Source of the DNA: an uncultured Desulfospira sp.
Lineage (GTDB): Bacteria; Desulfobacterota; Desulfobacteria; Desulfobacterales; Desulfobacteraceae
Length of the DNA stretch: 64,000 nucleotides
Direction of reading: 5' to 3'
NCBI GenBank assembly: GCA_963663165.1
Contig: OY760175.1
Location: forward strand, 4,064,001 to 4,128,000
Below are positions 42,360-52,780 of this stretch, piece after piece (position 1 is the stretch's first letter; every line of letters starts with the position of its first letter). The notes beneath the pieces are model-generated. The model did not search any database. It saw nothing but the letters and a program-made list of their open reading frames with translations, and had not been told where the DNA came from. A program made the translations under genes and the position numbers.

Positions 42360-44312
42360 TTAGCTTCCTGCATCCTGTTTTTTGAGCCGTTCCAGTCTGG
42401 CCTTTACCTTGGGGAAATAATTGAGTTCTGTATGGGGAAGGAACAAGGCCCCCATGTAATGGTCCATGTACGAGGAAATGGTGGCCAGTTCGAAATTGGT
42501 CATCATGCCCACCACATCCAGCACATCTTGGCGCAGGGAGTTGGTCAGGGCATTGATCTTACAGCCTAAAAGCGACCCGTTGCCCAGATAGGTGACCTTT
42601 TCAGCTTCAAGCTCCGGCAGCAGCCCGATGGTAATGGCGCTTTCAAGGTCCACATAAGAGCCGAACCCGCCGGCCAGGATGATCCGTTCCACATCCTTTA
42701 TGGTCAGCCCGATTTCCTCGAGCAGGGTCAGGGCTGCTGAATACATGGCCCCCTTGGCCCGGATCAGGTTGTCCAGATCCGGCTCGGTAATGGTGATATC
42801 CTTGTCGATCTGGGTGTTTTCCCTGTACACCAGGACATACTCCCAGATATCATCGGTCTTCCGGATCCGGCCGGTTTTGGCCTTCTGGTTGAATTTTCCC
42901 CTGGAATCAATCAGTCCGGTTTCTAAAAGTTTTGCCGCAAGGGTGATCAGGCCGGACCCGCAGATGCCCTTTGCTTTTTTGCCCCCAATGGTGATGAGCA
43001 TGGGCTCAAAGGTGTCCGGGTTGATGGCCACATCTTCAATGGCCCCTTTGACGGCCCGCATGCCATGGGTAATTCCCCCTCCCTCAAAGGCCGGGCCCGC
43101 GGATGCTGCCGTACAGACCAGCCAGTCTTTATGGCCGATAACGATCTCTGCATTGGTCCCGATGTCCATATAAAGGGTTAGCTCTTCGGACCGGTATACC
43201 CCTGCGGCCATGACCCCGGCAATGATGTCGCCGCCCACATAGGAGGAGACCCCCGGGTAGACCAGGGCAATGGTATGCTCTTCAAGCTCCATGCCCACCT
43301 GGGCCGCATTAAAAGGCGGATAGACAATGGATGCCGGTACATAGGGGTCCTTACGGATATAGGTGGGATTGATCTTGAGCAGCAACTGGGTCATGGTGGA
43401 GTTGCCGGCAAGGGTGATGGTGGACACTTCCCCCCGGTCAATGCCTGCGGTTTCAATGATCCGGTTGATGATGATGTTGATGGTCTCTATGACCTTTTTA
43501 TGCAGGATTTCCAGGCCGTCCCCTTTTTCTGTAAAAATAATCCGGGTAATCACGTCTTCGCCATAGGAAATCTGGCTGTTAAACTCCCCGTGCCGGGCCA
43601 GGACCTCTCCGGTGTGGACATTGAGCAGTTCGCCATAAACCGTTGTGGTGCCGATATCCACGGCAATGGCAAAATTCCGGTCGGTGGTATCAAAAGGTTC
43701 AATGTTGACGATCCGGTTTTTCCCGTCTTTCCTCACCGGCCGGACAATGGTGGCCGTAATCTTGAAATCCCCCTGCCGGATCACATCGGGCACTTTCCGG
43801 ATCAGGTTGATGTTCATGGTCAGCCGGTGCTCGTCATGGTTCAGGCGCAGGTCATTGATGATCCTTGCCACATCGGCCTGGTTGTCACCGGCCGCCGCGG
43901 GTGAAAGCGCCAGATAAATTTTCTCCACGGGCGGGATAAACAGGCCATGGTCCTTAAGTTCGTTCAGGTCCACGTGCATGGCCCGGGCCGTATGCCGTTT
44001 GACCGGTTCCAGGTTCAGGCGGCTGGTTTCTATCTGGGATTCCACCGGAATTCGTACCGTGAGATCCGAGGTCACCTTGGACAGGCAGGCCAAACGGTAC
44101 CCTTTTTCCTGATCTTCTGCTGAAAGGTGTTCGGAAATACCGCCTGCCACTGATCCCTGCTCAATAAGAACCCTACACTTGCCGCAAACACCGGACCCCC
44201 CGCAAGAGGCATTGATATGAACACCGGCCTCCATGGCGGCCCGGATCAGGCTATCGTTTTCTTCAACCTGGACCGACGTATTCTGTGGCAAAAAATTTAC
44301 CGTATATGTCAT
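42360..44312 (-). CDS. RACo/AcsV-type ASKHA protein with an N-terminal 2Fe-2S ferredoxin
   Basis: SCGGSGVCGKC...RLAC; DIGTTT, YVGGDI, DIGTNAE, SAGPAFEG, GICGSG. Confidence 0.9.
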   Translation of the reverse strand: MTYTVNFLPQNTSVQVEENDSLIRAAMEAGVHINASCGGSGVCGKCRVLIEQGSVAGGISEHLSAEDQEKGYRLACLSKVTSDLTVRIPVESQIETSRLNLEPVKRHTARAMHVDLNELKDHGLFIPPVEKIYLALSPAAAGDNQADVARIINDLRLNHDEHRLTMNINLIRKVPDVIRQGDFKITATIVRPVRKDGKNRIVNIEPFDTTDRNFAIAVDIGTTTVYGELLNVHTGEVLARHGEFNSQISYGEDVITRIIFTEKGDGLEILHKKVIETINIIINRIIETAGIDRGEVSTITLAGNSTMTQLLLKINPTYIRKDPYVPASIVYPPFNAAQVGMELEEHTIALVYPGVSSYVGGDIIAGVMAAGVYRSEELTLYMDIGTNAEIVIGHKDWLVCTAASAGPAFEGGGITHGMRAVKGAIEDVAINPDTFEPMLITIGGKKAKGICGSGLITLAAKLLETGLIDSRGKFNQKAKTGRIRKTDDIWEYVLVYRENTQIDKDITITEPDLDNLIRAKGAMYSAALTLLEEIGLTIKDVERIILAGGFGSYVDLESAITIGLLPELEAEKVTYLGNGSLLGCKINALTNSLRQDVLDVVGMMTNFELATISSYMDHYMGALFLPHTELNYFPKVKARLERLKKQDAGS

Positions 44313-44599
44313 AAGATCATCCTTTCCGGATAAACCGCTGTATTGATAAAGCCGCAGCCCCTGCGACTTTGTTCGGATATAAAAGTCGTGGAATTATAAA
44401 CGCTGTGCCGGTGTTTGCCAAGTGTTGTTTTTTTTAGCAAATTTTTCACATTTCACAGCAAATTTTTCACATCTTGAATCATTGAACCGGTCTTTTGTTT
44501 CCGGCCCCTATTCTCCGGGTTCCATTTTTTAACAGGGTCATCGCATGTAAAAAACAGCAATTTATACCGGAATTGAAAATAAGGATAATCTCCAAAAAA

Positions 44600-44745
44600 T
44601 TGGACTTGGGACTTGGGATATGGGACCTGGGGATTGCGGCATCCACGGCCTCCCCAAGTCCCATATCCCATATCCCAAGTCTCAACAATATACATTATAA
44701 TCCTTATCACCCAAATTGGCATCACCGGCGGGCAAGCTTACATGC
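44600..44745. repeat. GGGACTT/GGGATAT heptamer hairpin element
   Basis: tggacttgggacttgggatatgggacctgggga...tccccaagtcccatatcccatatcccaagtctcaacaatatacattat. Confidence 0.75.
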
Positions 44746-44975
44746 GATCACCCTGCATTTTTTAATTTCCAGCATTGAATTTTTAACGAATTTGTGAATA
44801 TTATTGCGGGTTAACATTAAAACTTGCCGATTGAACGACAGGATTTAATTAATAGCGCCATACGCTAAGGGGCGGAAGACCGGGTTGCGCTGATGATCCG
44901 GCTGTCCACTGCCCATAACAAATATTGAAAGTAGATACAGGATGTTAATTAAACTTTCATTTAAAAGGAGCCAGG

Positions 44976-46409
44976 ATGAAATCGCTTGATCAATCCAAAT
45001 TAACAGAAATCGTCGGGGAAAAGAACATCAAGACAGACCCTTCGGATTTGTACATATACGGGTCCGATGCCTCTGTCCACCATGGTGCCCCATGGGTGAT
45101 CGTCCGGCCTGAAAACACCTCCCAGGTCCAGAAAATCATGGCATACGCCAATGAAAACAAAATTCCTGTCATTGCCCGGGGCGGCGGCTCAGGCATGTGC
45201 GGCCAGACCGTGCCGGTCCAGGGGGGAATCACCCTGGACATGAAGGGGATGAACCGGATTCTTGAAATCAATATGCCCGATGTATACTGCCGGGTGGAGC
45301 CGGGGGTCGTGGATGATGACCTGAACCTTGCCTTAAAACCCTACGGGGTGTTTTACCCGCCCACGCCGGCATCCTCCCGGATTGCCACCATTGGCGGCGA
45401 AATCGGAAACAATGCCAGCGGGGTGAGATCCGTCAAATACGGGGCCACCCGGGACGCGGTCCTGGGGATGAAAGTGGTCCTGCCCACAGGCAAACTGGTC
45501 ACGTTGGGGGCCCACACAAGGGTGGAGGCTTCCGGATACCAGCTTCACAAACTCATGGTGGGTGCGGAAGGCACCTTAGGGGTTGTGGTGGAAGCCACCT
45601 TAAGCTTTGTTCCCATCCCGGAATTCCGGTGCATGGGGGTGGCCAACTTTGACAGCCTGACCCATGCCGGGCAAGCCGTGGGCGGGATCATGTCTTCAGG
45701 GGCCAATCCCTCCATGCTGGAACTGGTGGATTCCGTGGCCATCAAGGCCGTCAACAAAACCATGGACTTAGGCTTAAAGGAAGTGGCCGCATCCCTGATT
45801 TTTGAGGCCGACGGCATGGTCAGGGAAGCCGTGGACTATGAAATCCAAAAAATTAAAAAGGTCTGCGAACAGCACCAGGGCAAAGACATCTGGTCCAGCT
45901 ACGATGCCAAAGAACGGGCCAAAATCTTCCTGGGCCGCAAAAAACTGTTCCCGGCCCTGTCCAAATATGACGATGCCCTGTCTTCCACCTCCCTTGCCGA
46001 CGACATGGCCGTGCCCTATTCCAGAATGGCGGATATGGCCGCTAAAATCCATGAGGTGGCCAAAAAGAATAACATTATCATGACCGCATACGGCCATTGC
46101 GGCTCAGGCTGCATGCACACCAAAATCCTGATGGATACCAAACGAAAAGACCAGTGGGCATCGGCCCGCAAGGCCATCACGGAAATCTATGATTTTGTCC
46201 GCTCGGTTAACGGGACCACTTCCGCGGAACACGGCATCGGCCTGTCCAAGGCAGAATCTTTCAAGGTTGAGAAAGCCGATTCCATTGAGATGCTGTCCGC
46301 CATCAAGGCTGCCCTGGACCCCAACAACATCCTCAACCCGGGCAAACTCATGCAGGCCCCGGACAACTGGGTGACTGCCGCCAACCTCAGATACGCTGTG
46401 AACAGTTAG
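44976..46409 (+). CDS. FAD-binding GlcD/Dld-type 2-hydroxyacid (probably D-lactate) dehydrogenase
   Basis: ARGGGSG, ATIGGEI, GAEGTLGVV, GHCGSG, SAEHGIG, DPNNILNPGK; next to larA. Confidence 0.88.
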   Translation: MKSLDQSKLTEIVGEKNIKTDPSDLYIYGSDASVHHGAPWVIVRPENTSQVQKIMAYANENKIPVIARGGGSGMCGQTVPVQGGITLDMKGMNRILEINMPDVYCRVEPGVVDDDLNLALKPYGVFYPPTPASSRIATIGGEIGNNASGVRSVKYGATRDAVLGMKVVLPTGKLVTLGAHTRVEASGYQLHKLMVGAEGTLGVVVEATLSFVPIPEFRCMGVANFDSLTHAGQAVGGIMSSGANPSMLELVDSVAIKAVNKTMDLGLKEVAASLIFEADGMVREAVDYEIQKIKKVCEQHQGKDIWSSYDAKERAKIFLGRKKLFPALSKYDDALSSTSLADDMAVPYSRMADMAAKIHEVAKKNNIIMTAYGHCGSGCMHTKILMDTKRKDQWASARKAITEIYDFVRSVNGTTSAEHGIGLSKAESFKVEKADSIEMLSAIKAALDPNNILNPGKLMQAPDNWVTAANLRYAVNS

Positions 46410-46441
46410 CGCCTAGCCGCGCTATAATAAAGGGATACACT

Positions 46442-47383
46442 ATGGAAACAAAAAATTTTGAGCATTTAGCAAAATGGGAAAGCACTCTGGCCAGCTGCAT
46501 CAGATGCGGATACTGCTATGAACACTGCCCCATGTTTAAATATACCCGATGGGAATCCGATGCCCCGAGGGCCAAAATCATCACGGCTTTCGGCCTGCTG
46601 TCAGGCAACCTTGAACTGACCCCGGCATCAGCACAGAAGCTGTTTAACTGTTTTTACTGCAAGCGGTGTGAAGCGGCCTGCTCCTCCGGGGTAAAGCTGA
46701 CGGAAATCTTCACCGATGCCAGAAAAGACCTCTGCGCCATGGGCATGACAGGGCCGGGCACCACGTCCGTGACCCAGATGAACTGTGCCCAGTGCCTGCT
46801 CTGTGTCAGGGCCTGTCCCCATGAAGCCCGGACCCATACGGAAACAGGGATTGTCGTGGACCCGGTCAAATGCCAGTCCTGCGGCATCTGTGTGGAAGTC
46901 TGTCCGGCAGAGGCCGCGGTTATTGAAAATACCTTCGGCACTTCCCGTGATGAACTTTCCGACAAGGCCTGCGAATTCTTAAATTCCAGTGAAGCCGCCA
47001 GAACTATTGTATATGCCTGCAACTGGTCTTATTACCCTGATCTTCAGTCCTCACAGCTGCCGGAATCCGAAACAAAGGATAAAACCTATGAAATCCTGGT
47101 GAACATGTGCGGGGGCCGGCTGTATGCCAAATCACTTATTGAGCCCTTCCTTAACGGGGCATGGGGGATTTTGGTGGCCTGCTGTCCGGACGGGGAATGT
47201 GCCCATGACGGGAACGTCAAGGCCAAAAAATTGGTGGAAAAAACCAAAAAGACCCTGGAACTTATAGACATTAATCCCGAACGGATTCACCTGGTCCAGA
47301 TACCGGCAGGGGACAAGGACCTGTTCCAGGCGGAGATTGATACGTTCACCAATACCATAAACCAGATGGGCCCCATTCGTTAA
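46442..47383 (+). CDS. multi-[4Fe-4S] protein fused to an MvhD/FlpD-like domain
   Basis: Four ferredoxin-type Cys motifs (CIRCGYC, CFYCKRC, CAQCLLC, CQSCGIC), then ACNWSY...MCGGR...CCPDGECAHDGN...INPERI. Confidence 0.85.
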   Translation: METKNFEHLAKWESTLASCIRCGYCYEHCPMFKYTRWESDAPRAKIITAFGLLSGNLELTPASAQKLFNCFYCKRCEAACSSGVKLTEIFTDARKDLCAMGMTGPGTTSVTQMNCAQCLLCVRACPHEARTHTETGIVVDPVKCQSCGICVEVCPAEAAVIENTFGTSRDELSDKACEFLNSSEAARTIVYACNWSYYPDLQSSQLPESETKDKTYEILVNMCGGRLYAKSLIEPFLNGAWGILVACCPDGECAHDGNVKAKKLVEKTKKTLELIDINPERIHLVQIPAGDKDLFQAEIDTFTNTINQMGPIR

Positions 47384-47500
47384 AAGGATGAGGGATGAAG
47401 GCTGAAGGATGAAAATGCGGAACCCTTCAGCCTCAACGCCCAGCAGCGGTAGTAAACAATAACTCTTATGAAAAGAGCGGTAAACCGCGAAGGATTAACC

Positions 47501-48751
47501 ATGAAAGTAGACGTCCCTTATGGAAAAGACGGCGCCATGAGCGCTGTTCTTTCCGATGAAATATCCGTCCAGTTTCTTGAAGCCAATGACGTTCAGATCA
47601 AGGATGAAGACGAAACCATTAAGCATTCCATTCTCAACCCGGTCAATTCCAAGGGATTTGATGAATTTCTAAAAGATGCCGGAAAAGTGCTGATCATTGT
47701 CAATGACGCCACCCGGCCCACCCCCACGGCCAGGGTCTTAGATGTCATTTTTGAAGATTTAAGCCGGACCGATTACAACTTTATCATTGCCACCGGGGCC
47801 CATCGCGGCCCCAGTGAAGAAGAGTATGTTCAGATCTTCGGCAAATATTATGACAGGGTAAAGGACCGTATCATTGTCCATGACGCCAAGGTGGACGAGG
47901 ACATGGTTTTCCTGGGCAACTCCTCCAACGGAACCCCCATGCACGTGAACAAGGCCGGGGTTGAGGCAGACAAGATCATTATCATCTCATCCGTGGAGCC
48001 CCACTACTTTGCCGGGTACACCGGCGGCCGGAAATCCTTTTTGCCGGGCATTGCCGGCTACAAAACCATTGAAACCAACCATAAGCTGGCCCTGGTGCCC
48101 GAAGCCTGCGCCTTGGCCCTTGAGGGGAACCCGGTCCACGAAGACATGGTGGACGCCATTAAAACCGTCAAACAGGAAATCTTCTCCATTATGACGGTGC
48201 TGGACAAACACCACAAAATCTATGCCACCTGCTCAGGCCATATCAACGATTCGTTTTACGCCGCCATTGACCGGGCCAACGAAGTCTTCTGCGCGCCGTT
48301 AAAGGAAAAGACCGACATCGTGGTGTCCGTGGTTAAATTCCCCCAGGATATTGATCTGTACCAGGCCCAGAAAGGGATTGACAACGCCAAGCTGGCCCTC
48401 AAGGAAGACGGCATCATGATCCTGGTGGCCAAGTGCCGCTGCGGCATCGGCGGCAAAGCCTTTGCCGATCTTCTGGGTTCCTGTGATACGCCTAAGGCCG
48501 CCTTGGATAAAATTGAGCAGGGATATGTCCTGGGGTATCACAAGGCCGCCAAAATGGCTGAAATCGGCCTGTGGGCCCAGATGTGGGGTGTCACGGATGT
48601 GGAACCCGATGTCATTTCAAAGCTGTTTATCACCCCGTTTAAAGACCTTCAGACCGCCATTGACAAGGCCCTGGAAGAAAAGGGGAACCAGGCATCGGTT
48701 CTCTTTCTTATGGACGGGGGCCTGACGGTTCCCATGGTGCAGCAAGGATAA
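47501..48751 (+). CDS. larA: nickel-pincer-dependent lactate racemase
   Basis: VNDATRPTP, ATGAHR, VHDA, EPHYFAGYTGGRKS, DLYQAQK. Confidence 0.88.
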   Translation: MKVDVPYGKDGAMSAVLSDEISVQFLEANDVQIKDEDETIKHSILNPVNSKGFDEFLKDAGKVLIIVNDATRPTPTARVLDVIFEDLSRTDYNFIIATGAHRGPSEEEYVQIFGKYYDRVKDRIIVHDAKVDEDMVFLGNSSNGTPMHVNKAGVEADKIIIISSVEPHYFAGYTGGRKSFLPGIAGYKTIETNHKLALVPEACALALEGNPVHEDMVDAIKTVKQEIFSIMTVLDKHHKIYATCSGHINDSFYAAIDRANEVFCAPLKEKTDIVVSVVKFPQDIDLYQAQKGIDNAKLALKEDGIMILVAKCRCGIGGKAFADLLGSCDTPKAALDKIEQGYVLGYHKAAKMAEIGLWAQMWGVTDVEPDVISKLFITPFKDLQTAIDKALEEKGNQASVLFLMDGGLTVPMVQQG

Positions 48752-49050
48752 CACACCAACAACGCATCACCTTAGGCAGCAAGTTGGATAAGTGGTGCCA
48801 CCTGCTGCCTTTAAGTTGGTAATTTCCGGCTGCGGCCGTCGGCAAAAGCCTTAACCGCTTTCCCGCAGCCGGTATTCCAACGGGTTTTTTTAAAAGATTT
48901 CCGTGCGGATCACCCGGCCGTTCCATCCGGTTCACCCCTTGGTTCTTTTTCACCAGATCCAGCCTTATTGAAAATCCAATCCGCTTATGTTCAGCCCGCG
49001 CTGAGACAGGAAAAGCCCCAGCGCCCAGACATCAGGAGCATGGATTTAAA

Positions 49051-52000
49051 ATGGCGCATTCCCCCCTTAAGGCCCCTGTTTTCCCGGTAAAACTCACCCG
49101 CCCGGAATTACAGGCTGTTTATCCCAGAACCCGGCTGTTCGACCTCATGTCCGCCACCATCGGCCAGTCCGCTATCTGGATCTGCGGGCCGGCCGGCAGC
49201 GGGAAAACAACCCTGGCCAACAGTTTTATCGACTCTCTTGACCTGCCCTGCCTGTGGTACAACGTAAATGAACAGGATAAAGACATCGCTTCATTTTTTT
49301 ATCATATGGGCAAATTTGCAGAACAGATCAACCCGGAAAAGCAGCACACACTTCCCTTCCTGACCCAGGAATTTTTTCCCGGCATTGCATCCTTTACAAC
49401 CCGTTTTTTTGAATTATTTTCCGCTATCCTGCCGTCCCGGCATGTCATTGTTCTGGATAATTATCAGGATGTGGGAGAAGAGACCCAGCTCCATGACGTG
49501 GTGTGCGGCGCCATCAGCTGTCTTCAAAAAAAGATCTCGTTTTTTATTTTAAGCCGCAAGGAGCCCCCCGGTGTGCTGGCCAGGGAGCGGGCCAGGTGCA
49601 GCATACAGGTCTTGGGCTGGCATCACCTTCAGCTTGACCGGCAGGAAACCTTCGGGGTTATCCAGTGCATTTCAGACCAGGCCTTTGATGAGCAAACCGT
49701 TACCGATATCCATGCCAAGACCGGCGGGTGGGTCTCGGGCCTGCTGCTCTTACTGAAGAGTGGGGAGTTTGACCATATCGAGCCGGGCATGCTGACCCAA
49801 AAAACGCCTGAAGTGATTTTCGATTATCTTAAAAATATCGTGTTCCAACGCCTTGATAAAGCCCACCAGGCCCTTCTTCTGACATTGTGCCACCTTCCGG
49901 TGGTTTCCCTGGATGCCGCCGTGGTGCTTTGCGGTAAAAATAGCCCTAAGGCACTGGAGATGCTGAACAGGGAGAACCGCTTTGTTTACCGGGTATCCGG
50001 AACCGGTGTGGGGTATGACTTTCATCCCCTGTTTCGCGAGTTCCTCCAGAAGCGCGCCGCACAGTTCTTTTCCCGGTCGGATCTTTCCGCCATCCTGTCG
50101 AAAAGTGCGGATATTATAAACCAGGAAGGACACCCCACCGCGGCGGTGGGGTTATATATCCAGGCCCATAATTTTGCCCGGGCCATTGAGTTGATTTTGA
50201 ACAATGCCCTGATACTTTCCATCCAGGGACGGGTGGCAACCCTGCTCTACTGGATCCATTCCCTGCCCTCCCATATAGTTGAGTCCACCCCCTGGCTGCT
50301 TTTCTGGAAAGGAATCTGCATCATCCCCGAGTCCCCTGAAAGGGCCAAGCCCCTGTTTCAGAAGGCTTTGAGCCTGTTTGAACGGGCCGATGACCAGGCT
50401 GGATGTCTCATGGCCCTGGCCGGCATCATGGATTCCATCAGCCTCCAGTTCAGCCGGTTCCAGGAACTTGACCCTTGCATTGACCTGTGCGCCGAGTTTG
50501 AAAAAAAATTCGGCGACATGGGCATACCGGAAATCCACCTGAAACTGACCAGTTCTGTTCTCAATGCCCTGGTATTGCGCCGGCCCGATTCCCAGGAACT
50601 TAAAAAATGGGAAACCAGAGGATGGGATATCCTGCAAACCGTAAAAAATGTAAACCAGACCGTGTCTATCTTTTCCCCCCTGATCATTCTGAACATCCTC
50701 AAAGGTGAGCTTCAAACCTCGGGCCATCTCCTGGAAATGTTCAGCGAGGTTTCTCATAAAAAAACCGCGCCCTTTTCCTACCTGATTCTTCAGAATCTGA
50801 AAATCTTCCATTCATGGCTGAACAGTGACTTTGAAGCCGGGAAAAAGGCGGCCCAAACAGGCATGGCCGTGGAAAAAGAGACCGGTATTCCCCTTGTATT
50901 CTTAGGCCTCAGGGTCCATGGTGCCGCATCCGCCATGGGGTCTGGCAATCTTGCCAAAGCCCGGCAGCTCCTGGATGAAATCCCCCGGTTTCTGGGTCAC
51001 CAGGGCATATGGATGCAGGGCCTGTACCACATCATATCCTCTTGGTATCACTCCCTGACAGGGGATACGGCCGCATTTGGATTTCATGCATCCCAGGGGT
51101 TTAAAAAATCGTTTTTGTCCGGAAATCCCGTTGCCCGGTCAGCCGCCCATTTAATGATAGCCCGCTTTTTTTCTCTGACCGGAAAATTCAAGGCTGCCGA
51201 TATTCACCTGGAAAAATGTATTCAGATTGCTGAAAAGCTGGGCCTTTCCCAGGACAAGTTCATGGCCCTGCTGACCCGGGCAAGCCTATATCTATGCCAG
51301 AACCGGATGGACCAGGCCCATAAGGTTTTGGCCGAGGCCCTTAAGCTTGGCCGGCAGAAAAACTTTCGATACGGCTTTTTCTGGGATCCAAAGGAAATCG
51401 CCGGCCTTTGCGCACAGGCCCTTAAGCAGAACATGGAAACCCCGTATGTCCGGGACCTGATCGTCTTTCATCACCTCATGCCGGAAAGCCTGCCCCTGGA
51501 CGTCCCGGAATGGCCGTGGCCCGTAACCCTCTCGTCCTTGGGCGGATTTGCCATGAAGATCAATGGAGATAAGGCTGCCCTGAAAGGCAAGGCCAAAAAA
51601 CAGCCCCTGCTGCTGATCAAATACCTGATGGCAAAGGGCGGCCAAAAGGTCCCGGAATATGATATCCAGGATGCGCTCTGGCCGGACAGCGACGGGGACG
51701 CGGCCCAGAATGCCTACACCACAACCCTTCACCGGGCCCGGAAACTTCTGCAACACAAGGCCGCCCTCATTCATACCCATGGCCGGCTTTCCTTTAATAA
51801 ACAAATGGTCTGGACGGATACAGAGCTTTTTGAGCGCTGCTGCCATGAGATTGAAAATGATTTAAAAAATCTGGCCCCCCTCCCCAAAGGAGACGCTTCC
51901 AATTTGCTGCATTCACTGGACCGGTTGTTTTCCCTTTACCAGGGCTCTTTCCTGGCGGGCGATCAGAACCTCTGGGCCCTTTCAACGGCCCAACAGCTGA

Positions 52001-52260
52001 AATTCAGATATGTTCACATCCTGGAAAGGGCCGGCCAGGAATACTATGAGGGGGCCATCCACTGCTTTCGCCGGGGGCTTTATGCGGAACCCCTGGCAGA
52101 AGCCTTTTACCGGAACCTGATCCATCTTTATTTGAAAATGGACCGGCCGGTGGATGCCTCAAGAATCTACAAACAGTACGAGGAACGGTTTAGAATTGAG
52201 TTGGGGGAGGTTTCGTCCAAGGCCATGATGTCCCTGAAAAACGCCATTGCTAAAAAATAA
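49051..52260 (+). CDS. MalT-like STAND ATPase regulator with C-terminal OmpR-type HTH / BTAD (SARP) domain
   Basis: GPAGSGKTT, VLDNYQ, TGGW, FHPLFREF, TPR-like middle region, LWPDSDGDAA...TTLHRARK. Confidence 0.85.
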   Translation: MAHSPLKAPVFPVKLTRPELQAVYPRTRLFDLMSATIGQSAIWICGPAGSGKTTLANSFIDSLDLPCLWYNVNEQDKDIASFFYHMGKFAEQINPEKQHTLPFLTQEFFPGIASFTTRFFELFSAILPSRHVIVLDNYQDVGEETQLHDVVCGAISCLQKKISFFILSRKEPPGVLARERARCSIQVLGWHHLQLDRQETFGVIQCISDQAFDEQTVTDIHAKTGGWVSGLLLLLKSGEFDHIEPGMLTQKTPEVIFDYLKNIVFQRLDKAHQALLLTLCHLPVVSLDAAVVLCGKNSPKALEMLNRENRFVYRVSGTGVGYDFHPLFREFLQKRAAQFFSRSDLSAILSKSADIINQEGHPTAAVGLYIQAHNFARAIELILNNALILSIQGRVATLLYWIHSLPSHIVESTPWLLFWKGICIIPESPERAKPLFQKALSLFERADDQAGCLMALAGIMDSISLQFSRFQELDPCIDLCAEFEKKFGDMGIPEIHLKLTSSVLNALVLRRPDSQELKKWETRGWDILQTVKNVNQTVSIFSPLIILNILKGELQTSGHLLEMFSEVSHKKTAPFSYLILQNLKIFHSWLNSDFEAGKKAAQTGMAVEKETGIPLVFLGLRVHGAASAMGSGNLAKARQLLDEIPRFLGHQGIWMQGLYHIISSWYHSLTGDTAAFGFHASQGFKKSFLSGNPVARSAAHLMIARFFSLTGKFKAADIHLEKCIQIAEKLGLSQDKFMALLTRASLYLCQNRMDQAHKVLAEALKLGRQKNFRYGFFWDPKEIAGLCAQALKQNMETPYVRDLIVFHHLMPESLPLDVPEWPWPVTLSSLGGFAMKINGDKAALKGKAKKQPLLLIKYLMAKGGQKVPEYDIQDALWPDSDGDAAQNAYTTTLHRARKLLQHKAALIHTHGRLSFNKQMVWTDTELFERCCHEIENDLKNLAPLPKGDASNLLHSLDRLFSLYQGSFLAGDQNLWALSTAQQLKFRYVHILERAGQEYYEGAIHCFRRGLYAEPLAEAFYRNLIHLYLKMDRPVDASRIYKQYEERFRIELGEVSSKAMMSLKNAIAKK

Positions 52261-52288
52261 GCAGGGTGTGGGGAGACACACCCTGCTT
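52259..52288 (+). terminator. hairpin after the regulator
   Basis: AAGCAGGGTGTG...CACACCCTGCTT. Confidence 0.6.
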
Positions 52289-52396
52289 GTAAATACCGGC
52301 CATTTCATTTTGGAGGTGCCCTGGGAAAACCAAAAGCAATGATCCTGCCGGCATCAACCAACCAATTTAAGGGCCTGGCCTGTTAACCCCAAGCCA

Positions 52397-52780
52397 TCAG
52401 GGCACTAAGGCCAGCACATCCTTGGCCAGCCACCCCCCGGGGTGGTTCTGATCAGCCGGGAGTACTTTCTGGATATGATTTCCGGCTTCATATCTTTCAT
52501 AAAGCAGAAAACAGCCGTCGGCCAGGGGCCGGATATATTTCCCGGAAACCAGCAACGGCATGGTATTGGGAAGGTTGTTTTTGAGCAGATCGCCCTTTTT
52601 AGAAAATTCCATATAGGTACCATCACTGTTCTGAATGTACTTGTGCCCGGTGGCAATATCAAAATAGAAGCAAGCGGTGGCCTGTTTGACCGTTTCCCGG
52701 CACTCCTCCTGGCCTGCCCATGAACTGAACACCGGCATAAAAATCAATAACGCAATGATAATCCTGAATGCGTTTGCCAT
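52397..52780 (-). CDS. hypothetical exported protein
   Basis: Signal peptide MANAFRIIIALLIFMPVFSSWA; AAGGAG RBS. Confidence 0.7.
   Translation of the reverse strand: MANAFRIIIALLIFMPVFSSWAGQEECRETVKQATACFYFDIATGHKYIQNSDGTYMEFSKKGDLLKNNLPNTMPLLVSGKYIRPLADGCFLLYERYEAGNHIQKVLPADQNHPGGWLAKDVLALVP

Noticed and set aside
46990..47383. Selenocysteine recoding in the MvhD-like domain
   Set aside because: There is no in-frame TGA; the ORF reads through normally.
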